Of a stretch of 64,000 nt of DNA, positions 57,894-64,000 are shown piece after piece. The stretch covers positions 10,221 to 74,220 of the forward strand of contig CAMCSM010000001.1 of the NCBI GenBank assembly GCA_945877805.1, read 5' to 3'. Positions within the stretch are counted from its first letter, which is position 1; each line of letters begins with the position of its first letter. Made by a program: the position numbers and the translations under genes. The notes under the pieces were generated by a model that did not search any database, was not told the DNA's origin, and was given only the letters and a program-made list of their open reading frames with translations. The stretch is from Methylacidiphilum caldifontis (GTDB taxonomy: Bacteria; Verrucomicrobiota; Verrucomicrobiia; Methylacidiphilales; CAMAQI01).

Positions 57894-58184
57894 GTGGATA
57901 AGGAATTCCTCAAATCTTTGGGACTGAGCCTAAAAAAGGCACGGCAAGAGATGGGCTTTACCCAAGAATGTTTAGCGGAAATGGTCGGGATTCATTGGAA
58001 GACGTTGGGCTATATCGAATCAGGAAAACGGGACTTCAGCGTTCTCACTTTATCTAAATTGATCGAATGCCTGAAACGAACCCCATCAGAGATCATCGTT
58101 AAATTGCCGAAAACAGACTCCAGAGCCTTGAAAACGATTGCCAAGGCAAAAGCCCGCCAAAGAAAACCTCGGACGCTCCAATAA
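57894..58184 (+). CDS. XRE-family helix-turn-helix regulator (controller-protein-like)
   Basis: 96 aa with LKKARQEMGFTQECLAEMVGIHWKTLGYIESGKRDFSVLTLSKL. Divergent from the nuclease cassette. GTG start. Confidence 0.8.
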   Translation: MDKEFLKSLGLSLKKARQEMGFTQECLAEMVGIHWKTLGYIESGKRDFSVLTLSKLIECLKRTPSEIIVKLPKTDSRALKTIAKAKARQRKPRTLQ

Positions 58185-58418
58185 GCGTTTTTTAAGCCAT
58201 CTGCGTAATACGATAAGGCTATTCCTTTTTTGCTCTTTTACATGAGAGCTAAAATATTGAATATGAGCTACTTACAACCTGAGAGGCTCTGCTCTTTCAA
58301 AACAACAAAAAACAAACTCTAACAAACTTTTTAAGACAATATAAAAAACTTAAATTTCACTCTTTTTTGAGATTAAATCAAACTCAGAGCTATCTAAAAG
58401 CTATAATGGAAAATTGAT

Positions 58419-58748
58419 TTAACCCTTCTTCAATTGCTGATCGTCATAACGAGCCGATTCAATTCGATAGTCAGTCGGTACGCTCTCCAGATGAGGAAAC
58501 TTTATCCAATACTGGCCTCCAAATATCTTGAGCATAGCCCAATGCCACGCCTCATCATGAAACACAAGCCCTCGAAGTTCTCCAACATCTGCGGGTTCAT
58601 AATAATAGAATTCCTCCGCAAGTTTTTTGGCATCGTCCTCTGATGATTTACCGTAAGCAACAAAACACCACGCAAACATATGCCTCTCGTGATGGAGATA
58701 TTGAATATATTCGCTCTCCTTCCAATTGGATTGATTATTTAAACTCAT
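58419..58748 (-). CDS. hypothetical protein
   Basis: 109 aa, Trp/Tyr-rich, with no known motif. Lies 14 nt downstream of the 131-aa gene. Confidence 0.45.
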   Translation of the reverse strand: MSLNNQSNWKESEYIQYLHHERHMFAWCFVAYGKSSEDDAKKLAEEFYYYEPADVGELRGLVFHDEAWHWAMLKIFGGQYWIKFPHLESVPTDYRIESARYDDQQLKKG

Positions 58749-58762
58749 TTAAATTTCCAAAA

Positions 58763-59158
58763 TTACACTTGTTCATAAAATTCACTGATTTTCTTGAAAA
58801 CCAAACCATCACCTTCTGCGATAACTGACCTTATCTGCCCGATATATTTCCCCTCTTTAAAGAAGGCAAGACATCCATCCCCTTTAAATGAAATATCAGG
58901 AACACCTAAAGCGCAAACTTCTGCTGCAAGATAAACAAGATCCTCCTCAAATACTCCAAAATAGAAATGAACATCTTGTTGGCTAGCTTGGAAATGAGTC
59001 TCTATATTTTCTACCAACTCTTTGCTTTCTCTGCAATACCGAGACCATGGAGAGTGCAAAAAAAGAAGCCCGTATTTTCTTCGTAAGAACTCTCTCAAAC
59101 TCTCTTTATTAGTAATCTCAATCATCTTATTTAATTGTGTGACATGAATCTTACCCAT
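58763..59158 (-). CDS. thioredoxin-fold-like protein lacking a CxxC motif
   Basis: 131 aa. LLFLHSPWSRYCRESKELVENI aligns by eye with the thioredoxin WCGPC region, and GVPDISFKGDG with the cis-Pro loop. Only one Cys sits at the active-site position. Confidence 0.4.
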   Translation of the reverse strand: MGKIHVTQLNKMIEITNKESLREFLRRKYGLLFLHSPWSRYCRESKELVENIETHFQASQQDVHFYFGVFEEDLVYLAAEVCALGVPDISFKGDGCLAFFKEGKYIGQIRSVIAEGDGLVFKKISEFYEQV

Positions 59159-59253
59159 TCAAATATATTCTCCATCCATATCTTTCGATAATTTTGGTCT
59201 TTTCTTAAATTGAACGTTGACGTATATTTTAATTAAAGTAAGATAACATAACG

Positions 59254-60039
59254 ATGGAAACCGAAAATAGCCTTCGAGCGAATGACCTTTTAAAGATCGC
59301 TGGACTCACGTATCGCCAATTAAATGATTGGGACGAGCGAGCGGGCATATTATCCTCCGATCGTTCCTCTAAAGCGGGCTGGAGGCGTTTTACGGGTGAC
59401 GAAGCCCTTGCTCTTTGCATTTGCGCCAAGCTACGGAATCAATTCTCCATTCCCCTTGAAAAGCTTCACCCTGTCCTGAAATGGCTTCTCGGAAAAACAG
59501 AGGATAATGCTCTTCAAAAAATGAAAAAAGAAGCGGATCGGTACATTCGGAATGCGGAAAAACAGCATCACACATTTTTGAACCTTGATGAAGAGTCCCT
59601 TCAAAAAGCACTGAAGGACGAGTCCAATCGACTCCTTCTTAGTGAGTACCGATTTGCCAAGATCAAATCCCTAGCCAACCTTCCTGTACGCTATGCCTAT
59701 GCCTTAGTGAATGTTGGGACAAAGATTAATCTTGTTACCGATTTTAATGAGATTTTCAGGATTTATACCTTTGATCAAACCCATTTATTGATTTCGTTTG
59801 ATCTTCATAATCCCCTGATTGTTCTTCCTTTGAGTCCGATTATTACCGAATTCAAGAAGGTCTTGGAAACCAAGACACCCAAACCCGATTTCTCTGAAAA
59901 GGCGTCAGAAGGTTCTGAGCCTAAAACGAAAGTAAACCCTCGTCGTTCCGCAAACCGAAAATTGAAGATCGTGAGTCACCAGGGCAAAAGCCCTCCTGAA
60001 CTTAATGTTATCTCTTCAAGAAATTCGGGAAATCCTTAA
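59254..60039 (+). CDS. MerR-type HTH domain protein (possible excisionase or regulator of the island)
   Basis: 261 aa. The N-terminus LLKIAGLTYRQLNDWDERAGIL matches the MerR/excisionase HTH pattern. Directly upstream of the recombinase. Confidence 0.5.
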   Translation: METENSLRANDLLKIAGLTYRQLNDWDERAGILSSDRSSKAGWRRFTGDEALALCICAKLRNQFSIPLEKLHPVLKWLLGKTEDNALQKMKKEADRYIRNAEKQHHTFLNLDEESLQKALKDESNRLLLSEYRFAKIKSLANLPVRYAYALVNVGTKINLVTDFNEIFRIYTFDQTHLLISFDLHNPLIVLPLSPIITEFKKVLETKTPKPDFSEKASEGSEPKTKVNPRRSANRKLKIVSHQGKSPPELNVISSRNSGNP

Positions 60040-60220
60040 TAATCCAGATTTAGATGACACAGAAATCTCTGCACTAAGAGATGACGCTTATCTTCTGGCG
60101 AATGTTTTTATTGATATGTTTATTGAAAATAAAAAAAAATCCAAACGGGCGACTGAGCCCGCAGCATTCGATCAAAAAAACACTTTTAAAGATGAAACCC
60201 CCTTTAATTCCCTCCGTTAA
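60005..60220 (+). CDS. small acidic hypothetical protein
   Basis: 71-aa ORF bridging the MerR-like and recombinase genes. It looks more protein-like than the alternative N-terminal extension of the recombinase ORF. Confidence 0.35.
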   Translation: MLSLQEIREILNNPDLDDTEISALRDDAYLLANVFIDMFIENKKKSKRATEPAAFDQKNTFKDETPFNSLR

Positions 60221-61742
60221 AAATAAAGCCGTCATTTACTGCCGTGTTTCTACGAAAGATCAGGTTGAAAATAACAGCCTCGAATCTCAAGAAAAAGAGT
60301 GCCGGAAGTATTGCGTTGCTCATGAGCTAGATATTGTCGAAGTATTTGTTGAGCCTGGAGAAAGCGCCAAAACAGTTAATCGTCACGAGTTTCAGAGGAT
60401 GCTTGGTTTTTGTCAAAAAAATAAAGGTCGAATCTCGCATCTTATTACTTACAGCACGAGTAGGTTTAGTCGAAATAACGATGATTACTACGCAGTTAAG
60501 GCATATCTCACTAAAATGGGCATCGTCTTAAGATGTACTTCTGAGCCATTTGATGAAACTCCTCAAGGTAAATTTATGGCAGGAGTTTATGCTTTAACGT
60601 CACAGCTCGATAATGATTTAAAATCCGTGAGGACGATCGATACAATGAATGAAGCCCGAGCCAAAGGACATTGGCTTTCTAAACCTCCCTTAGGATATCG
60701 AGCTGGAGATAAAAATTTCGGTGCAAGTCTAATTCCCGATCCCGAAAGAGCAGAGCATGTTCAAAAAGCTTTTTCAATGATGGCCACTGGAATATTTTCA
60801 ATCCAAGAGGTGCTTAAAAAATTAAATCTTGAGGGATTTAAAACCCGTGGAGGAAAACCTGTTTCCATTCAGACATTTCGCCAACTTCTAAGGAAAAAAG
60901 CCTACATAGGAAAAATTGTCTCACAGCGAACCTCTGATATTTTTCAAGGAGACTTTATTCCTCTTATTGACGAAAACCCTTTCTTCCGAGTTCAAGAGAT
61001 TTTAGATGGAAAAACAAAACTCGTTAAAACATATCAAAAAATAAACCCTGACTTTCCCTTGCGAAACTTTGTGATCTGCGCGCACTGTCAAAAAGGCTTC
61101 TCAGGAAGCCACTCCAAGGGAAGAAACAGCTCCTATGCGTACTATACACCCGTTTGTCGTTGCTCTGGAGGAAATTCACCGAGTATCCGCAAAGAACGAT
61201 TAGAGAGCGACTTCTTCGCAGAACTCGAATTTTTAAAGCCAAAACAGCATCTCTTTCAAATGGTCAATAAGGTGATTCGGGACGCCACAAAAATGAGACA
61301 AAAAGGAAATCTCGATCGAAAAACTACCCTCAAAAAGAAAATGGATGATCTTCGTAAAAAACGAATGACTCTTGATGAGCGGTTTGCGTTTGAAAAAGCC
61401 ATCGATCAAGAAACATACGACCGTTTAAAAATTCAGATTCAAAATGATGAAGGGGAGATAAAGGCTGCACTCTATGAAATCGAGAGCGAGCTTTTCCATC
61501 CTGATGAGGTAATTCAATTCGCAGAAGTGGCGATGACAAATGCAGCAAGCCTCTGGAAGGATCTTCCCATGCCGCATAAACATCGCTTCCAATACCTTCT
61601 TTTTCCCCGTGGAGTCGAATATTCGGATGGGAAATTAAAAACCGCTGATAAAAGCCTCATCTTCAGTCTCTTAGAAAAGAAAAATGAGAGCGAAGATGGT
61701 TTGGTGACCCTAACGGGACTCGAACCCGTGCGTCAGCCTTGA
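60192..61742 (+). CDS. large serine recombinase (integrase)
   Basis: Catalytic block AVIYCRVSTKDQ, resolvase and recombinase domains, a Cys-rich zinc-ribbon region (CAHCQKGF...CRC) and a C-terminal coiled coil. The start is chosen at MKPPLIPS. The last 41 nt overlap tRNA-Glu on the opposite strand. Confidence 0.85.
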   Translation: MKPPLIPSVKNKAVIYCRVSTKDQVENNSLESQEKECRKYCVAHELDIVEVFVEPGESAKTVNRHEFQRMLGFCQKNKGRISHLITYSTSRFSRNNDDYYAVKAYLTKMGIVLRCTSEPFDETPQGKFMAGVYALTSQLDNDLKSVRTIDTMNEARAKGHWLSKPPLGYRAGDKNFGASLIPDPERAEHVQKAFSMMATGIFSIQEVLKKLNLEGFKTRGGKPVSIQTFRQLLRKKAYIGKIVSQRTSDIFQGDFIPLIDENPFFRVQEILDGKTKLVKTYQKINPDFPLRNFVICAHCQKGFSGSHSKGRNSSYAYYTPVCRCSGGNSPSIRKERLESDFFAELEFLKPKQHLFQMVNKVIRDATKMRQKGNLDRKTTLKKKMDDLRKKRMTLDERFAFEKAIDQETYDRLKIQIQNDEGEIKAALYEIESELFHPDEVIQFAEVAMTNAASLWKDLPMPHKHRFQYLLFPRGVEYSDGKLKTADKSLIFSLLEKKNESEDGLVTLTGLEPVRQP

Positions 61743-61777
61743 GAGGGCTGTGTCCTAACCGACTAGACGATAGGGCC
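61702..61777 (-). tRNA. tRNA-Glu (anticodon CUC), CCA encoded
   Basis: Minus-strand sequence GGCCCTATCGTCTAGTCGGTTAGGACACAGCCCTCTCAAGGCTGACGCACGGGTTCGAGTCCCGTTAGGGTCACCA. Anticodon stem is CAGCC/GGCTG, and the loop CTCTCAA gives CTC. Confidence 0.9.
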
Positions 61778-61891
61778 TTTTGTGGAATCCACAGATATAT
61801 CGAAAAACGAAATCCCTGCAATCGAAATAATTACTCACCTTTATTCCTCTACTCGATCATTGTCTGGAGTTGCCCATTGAATTTGTTTGTG

Positions 61892-62226
61892 TCCATCAGC
61901 TGACCATGCGCATCAACCTAAGGAATTCATTCAAAGGCATTTTCTCACACGAAGGCGCGAAGAACACGAAGTGAGAAATAGAAAGACTCTTCGAGGTGAT
62001 TCACCTGTTTTTAAAAAGCTCTCGAAAGCTCGTTTTCGAGAGCTTTTTAAAAATAGGGAGGAGGCTCGCAAGAGCCGTGGTCAGAACAAGGGGTAGGGAG
62101 GCATTTAACTTCGTGTCGTTGTGCCTTCGTGTGAGACAAGGTTTTTTTGAAAGTTCGCCCCATAATAAAGAGCCTTAAGTTGACGCCCATGGTCAGCTGA
62201 CGGATCGTGGCTTCGTGTGAAAATGG
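61892..62226. repeat. 335-bp imperfect palindrome built from two inverted copies of a dispersed repeat
   Basis: tccatcagctgaccatgcgcatcaacctaagg (61892-61923) pairs with the reverse complement of 62173-62204. The ctcacacgaaggc...acgaagt blocks are also mirrored. The centre is a 20-bp perfect hairpin. Confidence 0.75.
62008..62053. repeat. perfect 20-bp-stem hairpin at the centre of the palindrome
   Basis: tttttaaaaagctctcgaaa (62008-62027), loop gctcgt, then tttcgagagctttttaaaaa (62034-62053). Confidence 0.9.
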
Positions 62227-62313
62227 TTTTAAATCTATTTTGGACACTAGCAGTGTGATTTATCCGAACGGATAGGGTTTGCTTTTCGATTTAAATTTTG
62301 GGTTAATTCCTCC

Positions 62314-62721
62314 ATGTCCTCTCGTAAAGAAAAGATCAACACTACTGGGGCGACTCCCTCTCTCGCCTTTAATGCTTTTGAAGCCCTCGCCTCGCTCGAC
62401 ACCTCCGCGCTTCCCCCAGGGGAATTTCGACCGATCCCCGCCAGTAAAACGGCGCCGGTCGATAAGCCGAAAAAAGGACGACTCATTTTACGCCGTGAAA
62501 AAAAGGATCGTGGCGGAAAAACGGTCGTTGTTGTTTACGGATTTGATCAACTCCCCGGATGGGGGTTCGATAAAATGGATGCCCTCTGCCGAGAGATCCG
62601 GAAGAAGATCGGATGCGGGGGGACCGTTGAGGGAAAAGAGATCATGATCCAAGGAGATCAGGCGGCGAGAGTCGCCGAATATCTCGAAGCCCAAGGTTTT
62701 CGCGTCGATGGAGTCCGGTAA
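62314..62721 (+). CDS. yciH: translation initiation factor SUI1/YciH family protein
   Basis: 135 aa with RREKKDRGGKTVVVVYGF and CGGTVEGKEIMIQGDQAARVAEYLEAQGF, typical SUI1 blocks. Confidence 0.85.
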   Translation: MSSRKEKINTTGATPSLAFNAFEALASLDTSALPPGEFRPIPASKTAPVDKPKKGRLILRREKKDRGGKTVVVVYGFDQLPGWGFDKMDALCREIRKKIGCGGTVEGKEIMIQGDQAARVAEYLEAQGFRVDGVR

Positions 62722-63073
62722 GCACGTGAGCCGCTAAGGGGAGCCTGATAGCTGGATAGCTGAATAGCGAAGGAAATACTGTCTTGAACCACGAATGGAC
62801 ACGAATGCGCACGAATTTAAAGACATTCAAAACAGGGCAGTTTCGCCCGGCGGCCGGAACAAATCCAAAGCCATGAGAAAAACAATCTTCACAAACGCGT
62901 TTGTAAGAGTCGTTTTTTTCATGGTTTGAATTCCGATTCTGATCGGAAATTTCCCTGTTTTGGGGTTGGGGATTAATATCAGTGTCGATAAGTGAAGATA
63001 AGCGGTTAAAAATTGCCTTTAACCCTAACGGTTAATTTCTTCCTTCCCCATCAGCCCCACAGTCTACGCTTAG

Positions 63074-63108
63074 TCCGCCGTAGTCCCGCAGTGCGGGACG
63101 AAGGTGGA
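63074..63108. repeat. hairpin repeat tccgccgtagtcccgca-g-tgcgggacgaaggtgga
   Basis: Imperfect 17-bp arms with a perfect inner stem gtcccgca/tgcgggac. Related strings occur at 28954-28980 and 34505-34540. Confidence 0.6.
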
Positions 63109-63250
63109 TCAGCCGATTAGCCTCTCTTTCTCTGCGTCTCAGCGACTCCGCGCGAGGCACTCCCCTGAATTTGAAATGGATTCAGCTATTCAGCTCACAG
63201 GCCTCTGAGAGGAACGATCCGTCAGTGGACGGACAGGAGAATAAGCGGGT

Positions 63251-63283
63251 AAAAAAAGGGGGGCGCCGCACACGCGACGCCCC
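63251..63283 (-). terminator. rho-independent terminator of the 136-aa gene
   Basis: The minus-strand RNA is GGGGCGUCGCGUGUGCGGCGCCCC followed by CCUUUUUUU, 35 nt downstream of the stop at 63318. Confidence 0.75.
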
Positions 63284-63317
63284 GATGATGTTAGGTTACC
63301 GAAACCGTTCGAATAAT

Positions 63318-63728
63318 CTATTTTGCGGCATATCCAATAACCGATTCATCACCATAATGACAAACCACTTTATTGACTGTTCCCTTAGAGAAAAAATTCA
63401 CCCATTGCTCCGGTTTATTCCCCGATAACCACATCGGCTGTTTCAACCGATTATCCATTCCATAGTAACGACCTTTCTCATCTTTGTAGACAACAAAGGC
63501 GTGACGTCCTTGAGTACGATTTTCATCTTTCCACTCGTAAATAATAAAATGAGCCTCATGACCATTCTTCGCCATTTTTCCAAAAAGATCTTTCGAATAA
63601 TTTAAACAGGTAAACCATCCCCCTTTTCCCTTAACATCGGTCGATATCGCCGTTTCCCAAGCACTCTCAGCATTCAATACCCCAGTGATCAGCAACCCCA
63701 CCATCAGTAATCCTTTAATCATCTTCAT
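63318..63728 (-). CDS. secreted hypothetical protein
   Basis: 136 aa with a signal peptide (MKMIKGLLMVGLLITGVLNA). Conserved-looking Cys, His and Asp spacing (TCLNY...GRHAFVVY...GMDN) could suggest a papain-like fold, but this is unverified. Confidence 0.5.
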   Translation of the reverse strand: MKMIKGLLMVGLLITGVLNAESAWETAISTDVKGKGGWFTCLNYSKDLFGKMAKNGHEAHFIIYEWKDENRTQGRHAFVVYKDEKGRYYGMDNRLKQPMWLSGNKPEQWVNFFSKGTVNKVVCHYGDESVIGYAAK

Positions 63729-63893
63729 ACGAAAAGAGCTGCTTACCCCATGCCAAAAGATTTCCTTTGTTCGTTAAGTACTTGCTATCAATAAGATGTA
63801 ATTATTTTTAATTTATTTAATGTTATATTTATACTGACATTTGGAACTAAATCTGATAAGAAACTTACCAGTTAGGAACATAAACTATCCCTT

Positions 63894-64000
63894 GTGAACC
63901 ATTCTCAGTATAAAATATTGGTCATTGAAGATGATCCGCTCGAATCGGCGCTTTTCCACAAGCTGCTGACCCAGAAAAATTTTCAAGCCACTCTCCTTTC
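63894..64000 (+). CDS. response regulator receiver domain, N-terminal fragment (runs off the window)
   Basis: Hand translation from the GTG at 63894 gives VNHSQYKILVIEDDPLESALFHKLLTQKNFQATLL, the classic start of a receiver domain (ILVIEDD). Confidence 0.6.
   Translation, partial: MNHSQYKILVIEDDPLESALFHKLLTQKNFQATLL

Larger units (their letters stand above)
55100..61742. mobile_element. putative integrated genomic island bounded on the right by a serine recombinase and tRNA-Glu (left edge approximate)
   Basis: Accessory gene content: a toxin-antitoxin pair, a nuclease cassette, XRE and MerR-like regulators and a serine recombinase. The DNA is visibly AT-rich (14/60 G+C at 56281 against 35/60 at 51001, both single-line hand counts). 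The recombinase ORF ends inside tRNA-Glu. Confidence 0.55.

Noticed and set aside
60081-60191. N-terminal extension of the recombinase ORF (MTLIFWRMFLLICLL...)
   Set aside because: The extension is hydrophobic nonsense that overlaps a more protein-like 71-aa ORF in another frame. Serine recombinases begin a few residues before the catalytic VIYCRVS block, so the start at 60192 is preferred.
61887-62486. ORFs of 60-79 aa across the 335-bp palindrome and upstream of sui1
   Set aside because: They mirror each other because of the palindrome. There are no start-site signals and the composition is Arg/Lys/Ser-rich and low-complexity.
62827-62929. Mirror-image mini-ORFs (MRKTIFTNAFVRVVFFMV on plus, MKKTTLTNAFVKIVFLMALDLF... 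on minus) that look like a type I toxin pair
   Set aside because: The resemblance between them is a direct consequence of the palindrome centred on acaaacgcgtttgt (62891-62904). Neither has a Shine-Dalgarno-like sequence upstream. They are worth a look only if RNA-seq shows a transcript.

Overview
A 64-kb chromosomal window, probably from a PVC-group (Verrucomicrobiota-like) bacterium. That placement is an inference from gene content: a PEP-CTERM protein, prepilin-type pseudopilins next to a giant GspK-like protein, a DUF1573-rhodanese-MauE triad, and many sulfatase and glycoside-hydrolase genes. No rRNA gene is present to confirm it.

Layout:
- 0-9.3 kb: housekeeping genes. These are partial proS, tRNA-Ser, a methyltransferase plus GT2, PPK2, an MBL hydrolase, a histidine phosphatase, pgl, DUF485 plus an ActP-like symporter, and a COG0523 GTPase.
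- 9.3-10.1 kb: an AT-rich scar holding a 5'-truncated hipA remnant.
- 10.1-16.7 kb: an operon of sialate O-acetylesterase, GH95 fucosidase, and a secreted protein split by one in-frame TGA.
- 16.8-22.6 kb: a divergent pseudopilin cassette (a 1184-aa GspK-like protein facing two prepilin-type proteins and a secreted protein).
- 22.7-28.8 kb: a divergent two-partner secretion pair (1387-aa TpsA and TpsB).
- 29-42 kb: sulfatase, two giant uncharacterised paralogs (1238 and 1093 aa), a PEP-CTERM protein, an AraC regulator and GH35.
- 42.1-48.8 kb: an AT-rich block with a small CxxC peptide, MacA/MacB/TolC-type exporter genes and DUF1573-rhodanese-MauE.
- 49-55 kb: a GPH transporter, GH38 and a LacI regulator.
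- 55.1-61.8 kb: an AT-rich island. It carries a ParE/RelE toxin-antitoxin pair, a PD-(D/E)xK nuclease two-gene cassette with an XRE regulator, and a MerR-like protein. A large serine recombinase in the island reads into tRNA-Glu.
- 61.8-64 kb: repeat-dense intergenic DNA, SUI1/YciH, a secreted protein and the start of a response regulator.

The strongest hunting results:
- A palindrome, TACAA-N4-TTGTA, lies upstream of five operons, with one degenerate copy at the lacI/GH38 promoter. It ties the glycan genes and the pseudopilin cassette into one predicted regulon.
- The two giant paralogs are candidates for a novel glycan-active protein family.
- The island carries a candidate two-gene defence cassette.
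- Other observations include the in-frame TGA, a C8A9 tract at the 5' end of tpsA, and several dispersed repeat families.

No CRISPR array, rRNA gene or intact IS element was seen. All calls come from reading the sequence and the supplied translations; no database search was run.
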